In this document: positions 27,677 to 39,191 of the stretch, one piece after another | Position numbering within the stretch: the first letter of the stretch is position 1 | Layout: each line of letters starts with the position of its first letter | NCBI GenBank assembly: GCA_043228905.1 | Contig: JBHGNT010000010.1 | Coordinates: 22,272,657-22,336,656, forward strand | Source of the DNA: Azolla caroliniana | Lineage: Eukaryota > Plantae > Polypodiophyta | DNA: 64,000 nt | Reading direction: 5' to 3' | The notes under the pieces: generated by a model | Database searches by the model: none | What the model was told of the DNA's origin: nothing | Seen by the model: the letters and a program-made list of their open reading frames with translations, nothing else | Translations under genes and position numbers: made by a program

Positions 27677-30042
27677 TTACTCATCTGAAATGGCATACCC
27701 TTGTGATAGTTTAGCATTAATGTTGTTTAGCCGGGCATACATATATGTATTACTATTATCAGCCCCATCAAATGAAGACATATCATTACCTGTGACATCA
27801 GTCCATTGAGAACATCCTGGACTACCCAATGCTTTATTTTTCACTTTCCAAGCTTCAATTTCATGGGCCTCTGTTTCCATGCCAGCAGCAGCATATATAT
27901 TTGCCATGGAGATATATGCACTGGAACACTTCTCATCTAGCTGTATTGATTGTTCAAAGGCCCATTGTGCAAGCTTCATATTCATCCATTTCCGACAAGC
28001 GTTGAGTATACCCAGCAACAATGGAAGATGATACGAAGGTTGCACCTTGTTCAGCAAAAGCTTGGCCTTTCCAAACTGACCAGCACGTCCAAATAGATCA
28101 ATCATACAAGCATAATGTTCTATCATAGGATTGAGACGGTAAATGGTCCACATATCATCAAAAAACTTTTCTCCCTCCTCCAGAAGACCAGCGTGACTAC
28201 ATGCTGTAAGTAATACAAGAAATGTGACCAGATCTGGCATTATGCCATCAGCCTTCATTTTTCTAAACAGGTCCAGAACCACATTTGCTTGACCTAACTG
28301 AGCATATCCAAACATTAGTCCAGTCCAGCACACAACATCATGTACTGTAAGAATGTCAAATACTTCTTGTGCTTTCTTAAGAGCACCACATTTAGCATAC
28401 ATATCTAGCAACGAATTGCCAAGCATAATGTCTCTCTGTAATAATCCTTGTTTCCTTAGTTCAACATCTATGTTTTCCCCGATTTGAAGAGATCCTATGA
28501 TGCCACATGCTTTCAAAACACAAAGAAAAGTTACTGGATTTGGCACAATTCTTTCATCCTGCATCTGTTTGAAGCACTTCAAGGCTTTATCAGCATTACC
28601 TTGTTGGGCATATCCTTCGATCATAGAAGTCCATGCCACACCATCACGGAATAGAAGTTGTTTAAATGCTTCTTGTGCTTTCTCAAGGGCACCACACTTC
28701 GCATACATGTCTACCAATGCATTTCCAAGCACCGAGTCTTTTTGCAAAAATCCTCTTTTTCTCACCTCAGCATGTATTTCTTCCCCAATCTTCATTGATC
28801 TTACAATACCACAAGCTCTCAGAATGCAAACATAAGTTACTCCATCAGGGAGCGCTCCCGCATCCCGCATGAGTTGAAAGCATTTCAGGGCTTCATCCCC
28901 AAGTCCGTATTCAGTGTACCCAGCTATCAATGCATTCCAAGCCACATTATCCCGTGATGGAAGTTGATCAAATACTTCTCGAGCTTTTTGGAGGGCACCA
29001 CATTTGGCATACATGCCCAGCAATGTTGTAGCAAGTAGAATGTCTTGTTGCAACAAACCACACTTTCTAATCTCAGTGTCGATTTCTTGGCCGAGTTCAA
29101 GAGATCTTATAACACTACATGCTTTCAGAACACAAATATAGGTTATCGCATCTGGACAAACACCCTCATCCTGCATTTTCCTGAACCATTTAATGGCTTT
29201 ATCACCAAACCCATGCTGGATATACCCAGCTATCAATGAATTCCAAGACACAACATCTCGCTTCGGAAGCTGCTCAAATACTTCTCGTGCTTTCTCAAGG
29301 GCACCACATTTCGCATACATATCAACCAAAGTATTGCCGAGCACAATGTCTTTCTCCAATAATCCTAGCTTTCTCACTCTAGCATCTATATCTTCTCCAA
29401 GGGTAAGACACTCTGCAATGCTGCAAGCTTTCAGAACACATATATAAGTTATTGCATTGGAGGATATGCCCTCGTCTTGCATCTGGTGGAAACATTTTAT
29501 AGCTTCATGACCATGCCCCTTCTGAGCATACCCTGCTATAAGAGCATTCCAAGCCACCACATCTTGTACACTAAGATTTTCGAATACTTCCCGAGCTTCC
29601 CTCAAAGCACCACATTTGGCATATGTAGTGAGAAGGGCAGTGCCCACATACACGTCTCTGGTGATCAAATCTTGCCTAACCATATCCTTGTGGATCTTTC
29701 TTGCCTTGCACAAATTCTTCTCTTTTCCACATGTTTTTATGAGGTTTAATAGAGAAGCCCTGTCTTGAAAGTGAAGGTTCGGTAGCTCTTCAGTCGGCAG
29801 GATTCCTTTCAATGTGAGCTCTATTGTAACCCATGGTGGATTGTGAAGACCATTTTTCCATAGAAGATCCCTAGTTTGCTTATGGACAAAAGTAGGGCTT
29901 CTCTGTGAAGATGAAAATTAGAGGGCTTGATTTGATTCAAATAAGAAAGAAAGAAGAACTGTATGATTACCTTGTTCTCGGGGTTGTGCCAGAATTGAGA
30001 AGGATCTCTGAAGAATTCCTTCCATAAAGAGTCTGTGTCCAT
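27677..30042 (-). CDS. PLS-class PPR protein (17 repeats, E1-E2, truncated DYW/E+) with an N-terminal OSB-type PDF-like motif, ~765 aa
   Basis: Exon 1 30042-29971, intron 29970-29903 (gtaatc...cacag), exon 2 29902-27677 in frame with the 711-aa ORF. Repeats run L-S-(P-L-S)x4-P2-L2-S2 (e.g. VLGNTLVDMYAKCGALEKAREVF, VVSWNSLIAGY), then E1/E2 and PGCSQWTD. No HxE or CxxC deaminase motif. Confidence 0.9.
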
Positions 30043-30699
30043 AGATTATATATGAATGATGCTGATGGTCTATCCTTATGCTAAGGATAGGCGAAAAAGC
30101 TTAAGAATTCCATTTGCTGAGCCATGAGAAGGGAAGAAAGAAGTTCTGATGATAACGAGAACCCATCAAGTAAATGAAAGCGAGAAAGTTGTTGATAATC
30201 AATCAGAGTCTTTCAAAGCTTCAAGGCAGCGAAGCTCAAACGACGGACAAGCACATACATAACACGCATACAACTTCTGATCTGACTGTCACACCAATAT
30301 ACTATAGTAACTATACATACTCCTTCCTCGTCACAAAAGAGCTTAGGCACATGGCCAAAGCAAGCTACATGTGAGTAAAACAAATGAGCATTCCTTAAGG
30401 CCCAACTGCCTACAAAGACATATATCATATATGTGTTCGTAAGATCTTTGAAACAACCCCTTAGTTTCTAATCCACTAACTACTACCTTATCACCTTCTT
30501 GTATCTTATGTTTTCAGGCTACGACACACAAAGTGGTATATACATATATTGGAATATTCATGTCTGTCTATCCACTGACAACACGTAAATGTGTAAAGGG
30601 CATGATCACTTGAAAAAGTCATCGATTTGCTGCTTCCAGGGCCAACTTTCCATTATGTGTGTGAATTAGGGCATATTAGTCCACAAATTCAAATAGTGA

Positions 30700-31700
30700 C
30701 AATTAGCTATTACCATAAGACATTAGTGGCCACATATCCCAAATTGAATTGGGACTCACCAGAGGGCCTAGTCCCATTTCCAAAGAAGGTGTCGCCTTGG
30801 TTTTGAGGTGCACCCAAGAAGTTCCAAGTAGAGTTGGGACAAACCCAAGCAATCCCAAACAAATTTGGGACAGTCCCAAGCAGTTCCAAACTCAATTAGG
30901 ACAGTCCCCGTCCCAACGACTAGCCACAAGGTAGCCCAACAACCACCTCCTGGCCTAATGCTTGGGGGAGCCCAACAACCACTTCTTGACCTAATGGCTA
31001 GGGTAGCCCAATAGTCGGCCTTTGGCCTATATATAAGGAGGAGCTTCTCCTCTTTTTGATTCATTCCTGATTTATGAGTTCTACTCTCCCCTTATAAATA
31101 TTGAAACTCTCTCTTGTCCCTCTACATAGTTTTGGGAGTTGTTCTGACTTATTTTGGTTGTCTCGATTCCCTGACTTGTCCCAAGCCCGTTTTTGGTTTG
31201 TCCCAAATTTGGGAGTATTGTAAGCTTTTCTCTTGGACATAATATAAATCTTCTTTTGTGTCCCAATCATGTTTTGTGTGCATTTCAAGACCCCCATAAA
31301 CTAGGGACAGAAATGTCCCTACTTTGGCTCAACTGGGAAAGAGTGCCAAAACTAATTGGGACTCATAAGGGAACCAATCCTAGTCCCAAAAGGGATGCCA
31401 CAATGGTTTGTCCCAACCCTATGGCCCAAGGGACTACCCAACGACTAATCCCAGTGGCCATATTTGGCCTTATATATAAGGAGTAGATAATTCCTCATTC
31501 CCGAATTCACTCATTTTGCTCGACGGAGTGTGGTGGTGGTTTTTGTCCCTCAAATCAGTTTTGTTCTAACTTGTCCCAACTCAAAATTTGGTTGAATTGG
31601 GACTTTTGTAATATATTGACTTGTGAATATAATATAAAAGGAAGGTTTAGGGTTATTCTATGCAATAAGTTTAACCATAATTTTGGGACATAACAATGTA
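30700..31700. mobile_element. Degenerate repeat/TE remnant, LTR-like fragments
   Basis: Dense GTCCCAA/TTGGGAC motifs in both orientations. The block tttggcct(t)atatataaggag occurs at ~31021 and ~31463, each preceded by cccaac...cta sequence. No intact ORF. Confidence 0.5.
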
Positions 31701-32270
31701 ATTGTCAAATTAACACAATGTAAAACTAGTGCATTTATGTAATAATAAAGTACTAAGAGTTTGATGTTCCACAAACGTTTTCTTTTATCCGAGGTGAGAG
31801 TCTAAAATAAGACTTTACTACATATTTTTCATTGCACTTGTCCATCATGCCCCAACGCTAACAAATGTTGTTCAATAAGCATGTCCTTTAAATATGTAAA
31901 TTACTTGGAGCTACTAAAAAGTGGAGAACAAGTTGTTTTCTATAGCCATATCATGTTGAACTATGAATGTGGAACAAGAATAGAGAGTAATCAGTATAGG
32001 ATACAAAATGAGTTTTGTGTTGGAGTGTGTGTGGTGGAAGTCTACCCCAAAGCTACAAAGAGTAGAATTTCCCACAAAGTTATAAGTACCCACCACATTG
32101 CTTTGCTTGCAGGGGATAACTATTTATATTATTCACAATTGTCGAACTGAAACTCGGACTCTTTCCTCTTACGGAATTCCCACCACCAACTTTGATGTTC
32201 ACTTGGCATCAAGAAGAAGCAGCAGCCCGCGACAGAGAGACAGATAAACAGACGAGAGAGAATCCTTCTT

Positions 32271-32301
<31 letters not shown>

Positions 32302-32417
32302 TCAGCTATTATATATGTATGTCCGCAGAGATGTATATTGATGATATCTAATTGAGCTGCCTGCCATTATTTCCTTCTGAGTTTTGGCGGTCTCAATCCC
32401 CATCCAGGGATTCAGGG

Positions 32418-34216
32418 ATGCAGGTCGCATCAACAAACAACAACAGAAGTATTCTGATCATCCTAACCTGCCTTCGACTAATGGGAGCACACTCCGCAAT
32501 TATATACTACATTCTCCTGCCGTTCCTAAGCCATGTCATGTATGCCGCCGCCGCCATTCCTGCTTCACAATTGAAGGTCTACGTGTATGAGCTACCGAGG
32601 AGGTACAACGAAGAGGTGGTGGAGAAAGATCCACGTTGCCTGAGCCACATGTTTGCTGCAGAGATCTTCCTTCACACATTCCTCATGTCCAGCCCGTCCA
32701 TCCGGACCATGAACCCTGGAGAAGCTCATTGGTTCTTTACCCCCGTCTACACCACCTGTGACCTGACCCCCAATGGGCTGCCCCTGCCTTTCCAAGCCCC
32801 TCGCATGATGAGAAGTGCCATCCAATTCATCGCCACACGTTGGCCCTTCTGGAACCGAACCCAGGGTGCTGATCACTTCTTCATTGCTCCTCATGACTTT
32901 GGTGCATGCTTCCACTATAAGGTACACACTTATTCTTAGAGAATACATACATATATGTATGGTGGCACAATCCCACCCCGCACAAATACTAGCTAGCTCA
33001 GGCAATATGCACTCCATGGAGAGGGAGTTTTTATACAAACTACTTACTAGCCCCATATTAATATATACCCTCCAAAAGAACCCACTTTCTCTCGCATCCT
33101 TAATTTTTTACACACATCTAGTGCCACATGCTATGAAGTGCAAGGTCTACACGAGGTTTTGGTGTTGCATTAGGTCTAGGCATGATCTTGTGTGTTATTG
33201 GTGTACACCAACCATTTTGAATGTGGGTTATCATGTTGTCAAAACTACATTTTGAACGTAAATTATGGTGCATGAACGTTTTCCTCAAAGAAAGTGATGC
33301 TATCTTGATTTTTATGCACCTCTTTGTTGTTAAGGAAGAGAAGGCCATCAAGCGAGGCATATTACCGATCTTGAAACGTGCAACGTTAGTCCAAACTTTT
33401 GGACAGAGCTATCATGTGTGCATGCAAGAGGGCTCTATTGTCATACCACCATATGCTCCACCATCAAGGATCATAGCCCATCTGATTCCTCGGAACACGC
33501 CTCGTTCCATTTTCGCTTACTTCCGCGGCTTGTTTTACGATCTCGAAAACGATCCTGATGGAGGTTATTATGCAAGGTACATTACATGCCTATGAAAATA
33601 AAAATGTGTGGTAGAGAGAAATTTGCAATGCAAGAGAGGTTTTAGATGGATGGAGAAGCTAAATCTTTTACTTTGTTGCGATTAACGCAGAGGAGCAAGG
33701 GCCTCTATATGGGAGAACTTCAAGAACAATCCTCTGTTTGATCTTTCATCAGACCATCCTATTACCTACTATGAGGATATGCAAAGGTCGATATTTTGTC
33801 TGTGTCCCTTGGGTTGGGCACCATGGAGTCCTCGGCTTGTGGAAGCTGTGGTGTTCGGTTGTATACCAGTGATAATAGCTGATGACATCGTGCTTCCTTT
33901 CGAGGACGCCATACCTTGGGATGACATTGGAGTGTTTGTTGCAGAGAAGGACGTGGCAAACCTTGACACCATACTCACTTCTATACCACCAAATGAGGTC
34001 TTCAAGAAACAAAAGGCTTTGGAGAATACGTCCATCAAACGCGCCATGCTTTTCCCTCGTCCATCCCTACCAAACGATGGCTTTCACCAAATCTTGAATG
34101 CACTCGCAAGGAAGTTGCCTCACAACCCCAAGATTTACCTTGAAGAAACCGGTACTACTCTACATCCACCTTTCAACTGGACTGCTGGTCCAGTCACAGA
34201 TCTTACTCCATGGTAA
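32418..34216 (+). CDS. IRX10: GT47 exostosin-family beta-1,4-xylosyltransferase, IRX10/IRX10L-like
   Basis: Exons 32418 (or 32481)-32921, 33335-33576, 33691-34216. Motifs LKVYVYELP, HMFAAEIF, TCDLTPNGLPLPF, GADHFF, YFRGLFYD, FCLCPLGWAPWSPRLVEAVVFGCIPV, NWTAGPV.DL.PW*. Confidence 0.95.
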
Positions 34217-34861
34217 AAAAGAAAAGAAAAAAAACAATCCATTTAATCAGATCCAAGATGGTGTGTCAGCCAAGGCCAACAACATTAACACTCACTCCCA
34301 ATTTATCATAAATGATTATGATTCATTTATTTTTGTTAACATACATTGTAGTATGTACATAAATTTATTTTTTTGAATAAGGATTTTAATACATCTACAA
34401 ACCTCCTTTGTATAATTTCATTTTGTTTGAAGATTGTACGTATGTGGGAGGAATTAGCCCGCAAGAGACAATTTGAGTGTTAGAAATACATACATTGAGA
34501 CTTGAGACTCTTCGTTTACACATGTAAACATGTACAATGTCGTCGTATACGGTCTAATTATAGTGGGTGGGGATGATGAGCGCCTCGTTCTGCCTAAATA
34601 AATGAAGCCCCGCTGCAATGGAAATAGATGAGATGGGTGGCTTTTGATTCTTCTTCGTGTTCTTTTTATTTTATTTTTTATCCCTATGCCAAAAATAGGC
34701 GAGAAGAAAAGGCAAAAAACGCGAGAAATTCGCCAAAGTATGCCAAAAATATGTAGCGAGCGACCTCTGTGGCACCTCACCTCCACACACCCTGCGATAT
34801 TATTATATTCTTGCTGAATCCTTTCTCCATCCTTCCCTCTGCACTTGCAGCAGCTTGTTAC

Positions 34862-35938
34862 ATGGCGATGAGCCCTCCTCCTGTCTGTGTAGATCTTGAG
34901 GTATCCATCACCTCCGCTCGTGATTTGAAGAACGTGAATTGGAAGCATGGCGATCTATGTGCCTATGCCGTGGCGTGGGTGGACGAGGAAAACAAGGTGG
35001 CCACACGTGTGGATGCATCAGGCGACACCAACCCATCGTGGGTGAAGCAGAACTTCAGCCTCCCTGTGAGGAAGCCCATCTCCGAGTGTGGACTGAGCAT
35101 AGAGATTTATCATGACAAGGCGGCCAATCCTGAGAAAGCGCTGGTTGGCTCGGTGTCAATCCCACTGCCAGAGATAGTGGATGCCGGAGGGTGCGATGAG
35201 ACCTTAGATTACAGCCTGAAGCTCAAGCGCCCATCTGGGCGGCCACAAGGTAAGGTTGATTTCTCGGTTCGAGTGAGAGAGAGGCGGCGGTATGTGTCCC
35301 CACCCCCTCCCGCCCCAGCCTCCTTCTCCTCCTCCATATACACTACTACTAGTAGTAGCAGTACGTCCCAACCACCCATAAGCCCTAGAGATGGGATTCC
35401 TACCTATACTTATCCACCTTCTAATTACCCCTACGTCCCTACCCCTAACAACAACAGAACGTCATCTTACCCCCCAACACCACCGCTTCCTGCTGCCCAA
35501 CCCTATAATATTGGCCAGCCTTACCCTGGCTATAACACCCAACCTTATGCTGCACCAGCACCTTACCCCACTTATAACACATCCCCTCCTCCCGCACAAC
35601 CTTATGCATACGTCCAACGCCCTTCGCCACCATCTTACGGTTCAGCCCCAGCACCCCAGTTGCTTGGCTACCCACAGGAAGCTCTCCCACTGAAGAAGGG
35701 CCCTCTTACTTCTTCTTCTTCTTCTTCTACTAGCCCATTTGGTGGCATGGGCACGGGTCTTGCCATTGGAGCCCTTGCAGGTGCTGTGGGCGGCCTAGCT
35801 CTTGACGAATTTGTACACCATGAGGAGAAGGAGGCAGCCGAAAGACAAGCCGATGAGGATGCAGATCGATATGCCGAATTAGATGCTGCCCGCGATGACT
35901 ATGGAGGAGATGACTATAGCTATGATGATGGTTTCTAG
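34862..35938 (+). CDS. Intronless C2-domain protein, SRC2-like
   Basis: N-terminal C2 (LEVSITSARDLKNVNWK...YAVAWV...GDTNPSW...LKRPSGRPQGK), Pro/Tyr-rich middle, GMGTGLAIGALAGAVGGLAL and an acidic DY tail. Start ATG at 34862 or 34868. Confidence 0.9.
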   Translation: MAMSPPPVCVDLEVSITSARDLKNVNWKHGDLCAYAVAWVDEENKVATRVDASGDTNPSWVKQNFSLPVRKPISECGLSIEIYHDKAANPEKALVGSVSIPLPEIVDAGGCDETLDYSLKLKRPSGRPQGKVDFSVRVRERRRYVSPPPPAPASFSSSIYTTTSSSSTSQPPISPRDGIPTYTYPPSNYPYVPTPNNNRTSSYPPTPPLPAAQPYNIGQPYPGYNTQPYAAPAPYPTYNTSPPPAQPYAYVQRPSPPSYGSAPAPQLLGYPQEALPLKKGPLTSSSSSSTSPFGGMGTGLAIGALAGAVGGLALDEFVHHEEKEAAERQADEDADRYAELDAARDDYGGDDYSYDDGF

Positions 35939-35994
35939 GTGGAGATTTGAAGATCCTTTGTTAAACTCGATGGTCCGAGATAGATTATAGAGAA

Positions 35995-36156
35995 TAATAA
36001 TTACTATGTCTATTTGAGGATTACTCAATTCACTCCATATAAGACCCGGTATAATATTATGCCCCCCCAATGGGGCCCTCAATAATTACTATGGCTATTT
36101 CATGATTGGTCATGTGCTCGATATAATCTACCGGTATAATATTGCGCCTCCAATGG
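35995..36156 (+). repeat. ~85-bp imperfect tandem duplication in the 3' UTR of the C2 gene
   Basis: aataattactatg.ctatt...ccggtataatatt...ccaatgg occurs twice. Confidence 0.65.
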
Positions 36157-37934
36157 TTCTTCTTAGCTTTAATCCTGGACTCTGTCTGGAGTTCAGTATA
36201 TATAAGTATTGTGTATAGCCTCTTCCCCACAATAATGCGTCAGAGAATTGTACAATCTACTTGCCTATATAGAGATTTTGGCCTTATATGGATGCATACA
36301 TGATTTTTCTAAATTGGTACTGGATTGTTTATAATGCATTACTACCAGATGAATGGCAATCTCTAATTATTTGCGTGTTTTGCAAATAGCGCTGTGGGTT
36401 CAAGATTTGATATGAGATTAGACTGATATTATCATATTTGAAAACAGTAATAGACGCCGCTAGGGCAGGAACAACGTCGAGAATATTCAATTATATATAT
36501 ATATATATATATAGACAACCCTGCATTGAGATCAAGCTGCATGCAGGCATTAGGCAGCGAGCAAGTACCAGCTTTGCATTAATGACATAGTTTAGTTGGT
36601 CTTGTATAACGAGTTGGCTCATGAAGGGAGTACTCCTACTAATTAATAAGTCTAGATACTATTTTACAAGAAGAATTGTGTACTTGCCCTACTTATAGAT
36701 GAAACGCATGAGATATATTATAAAGAGAGGATTTTGTTTCCATTCCATTGAATATAATACAAATACATATGTATATATAACTATCATGGGGGCTTGGCGC
36801 TGATCATGGATAGACTCCATGAATTATGCGCTTGACAGGACTCTTAAGAATCTAAATTAACACTAGCTCCGCCATCTCTCTGATGGTTACAACCAACTGC
36901 CAACGTTGAGGGAGGGTTCATAACTATTGCATTCTTATATTAAAAACCTTGTACATAATTTCATGTCTCTAACTAGCCCAGCATACCATAACTGCCAACA
37001 TTGATAAAGGGTTCATGACTATTGCTTGCATTCTTTTGTAAACAGTTTACATCATGTCTTAGAGATCTCCATATCATGATGCAATGAGCACTTGATCCTA
37101 CTCTCGCTTGAGTCTTTGATCTGATGCATTTAGGCGTGCTTGTAAATGTTACACATAGATAGACACCGCAACCTTTTACTTTCATGTGCCCTTCTAACTG
37201 GTAGATGATATATTTTCCACGCGTTGGCATGACTCTCTGGAGGTTCATTGTGACACCTTGTCATTGACAAAAGCTATTTGAGGTAGTCTAGACTATGTTT
37301 TAGCACTCCATGAGATTCACACACCAAGATTTAGTCATGAACACTCAAAGAAGAAATATGAACCGATGTACGCATCATATTATTTCCCCTTTCCACCTCG
37401 GACACGTGTGATGAATCTGCCACATTATCCCATGCAAAGTCCAAAAGAGGGTTACGGGAGGGTGGAGGTCACATACATGCTTTGTCAATTAGACCTCTTC
37501 TTTTGTAGTGTGAACAGGGGAGGGAGGGGGTCTCTAGAGTGAACCTCCACTTCCTTGTGCAATAACCAAACACGGATGCCAACTAGGAGTAAATGGAAGT
37601 CGAGGTATAAACGTTTTTACAATATTTAAATCAGTTTTGTAGAAAAACATCATGATCACACATAAAGAAATAATGTTTCAAGTGGACTTAGTAAGCAAGA
37701 GAACAAAGGCTATTGAATTGGGACGAAGGTTTGGACTAATGGTCAAGGGAAGATTGCGCTATCACTATCACGCCACCATACCCCCAAAGCCCACACCATT
37801 AGAAGTAGTAATCATCCATTAATACATAATATATATAATTGGTAAATGTGCACTTTGTGCTTGCTGCCTCCTTAATGTAATAGACACATATATCATAAAT
37901 AACAAAATAGTCATTGGACGTGGAGATTTCCCAA

Positions 37935-37967
<33 letters not shown>

Positions 37968-38266
37968 ATATATATATATACACACACACACATACATACA
38001 TATACTCATTACACATGCATGGGTAGTCTAATATATTAATTAATCGATGGCATGGTGCAAGGATGGAGTGCTTAATTATGATGAAGTGCCATTGTATTGT
38101 GCAAAATTCTGGTGAGCATATAGCAGCATCATCAATCAGGCCGGGTGAAGCAAATCAAATATATATACCCATAATTAATTCTTCTAAATCCATGCATTGC
38201 AATTAACACCATTCATCATCATCATCGTCGGAATAGTTACATTATATTTATCTTCCGCATACAAAC

Positions 38267-38315
<49 letters not shown>

Positions 38316-38461
38316 AACAACACATCTTAGGTCCCGCTGTGAGTAGGAGCCTTCAACATAAAAGTTATATGGATCGCTCCATGAGGAGCTAACGATGGTT
38401 TTATCATGCTGCATCGATGGCACTACCTGACGAATTAATAACCACCACATTTCTGTCTTAT

Positions 38462-39085
38462 TCAGTTTTTCTTTGCTTCGCCTCCTTCCGCTTCTTCTAA
38501 TTCATCAGTGATAACGTCTTTAAATGCGGATGGCGTTTCTTCTTCTCCTTCTCCTTTTTCAGATGCATTATTGGTAGTGATATTAGTAGGTAACACAGCA
38601 GCTGGTGGTTTAATTGCTACAGCTTCTTCTGTTACTCCAGTTGATTTGTTATCTGCAGTTATAACAACAGCTCTAAGTGCTGAATCATCATCATCATCAT
38701 GCTGAGTTGAATCTGATGACGGTGCGCCCCCATCACTAGCAGCAACTTCTTCTTCGCTACTGATCTCATCCTCACCAAGAATTTGCAGCTCCTTCACCGC
38801 CCGAGTCACAACTTCCTCATCGGTACTTATAATAGTACTGGTAGTAGACATGGTTGACGAAACAGCAGCTGGATCAATCGCGTCCTGGAAGTATTCAAAT
38901 ACAGATCAGGCTTATATGCATATAAATGTTCGCAGTCATCCCATTAGCTGTATTATTATACTATTAATGAAGATCAGGATCATCAGGAAGATATAATATG
39001 TTCAAACGCAAGAGTGAATCAGTTTCAACTCAGACTATTATGTAATTATTACCTCAACAACAACAACGTCGATGGATTCGGCCAT
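38462..39085 (-). CDS. Small acidic, low-complexity (probably disordered) protein, 151 aa
   Basis: Exon 1 39085-39053 (MAESIDVVVVE, donor gtaat), exon 2 38884-38462 (ttccag acceptor, phase 0, in frame with the 129-aa ORF). Rich in E/D/T/S/A/V. TATA box about 100 nt upstream. Confidence 0.72.
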
Positions 39086-39184
39086 GATCAAGGTATATGA
39101 TGATTGGATTAACTAAGGTTACCAGCTATGCAACGGAAATGCAAAATGTTGTGAGATGACTGATGAGGAAAGGATCCAGGCTGA

Positions 39185-39191
39185 ATTTATA
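39185..39191 (-). promoter_or_regulatory. Putative TATA box (TATAAAT) of the acidic-protein gene
   Basis: The minus strand reads ctcgctTATAAATtcag about 100 nt upstream of the ATG at 39085. Confidence 0.55.

Noticed and set aside
28497-29749. Plus-strand ORFs within the PPR gene (and similar antisense ORFs in IRX10, the C2 gene, CSLC and the kinase)
   Set aside because: They are antisense or alternative-frame shadows of real coding exons.
29821-29902. Apparent stop or frameshift between the PDF-like motif and the PPR ORF (track ORF 29821-30042)
   Set aside because: That ORF reads through the intron. After splicing, 29902 is 90 nt upstream of 29812 and in the same frame, with no stop.
38122-38412. 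miR172-like words (gcagcatcatcaa ... atgctgcat)
   Set aside because: Only partial matches and no extended hairpin pairing.
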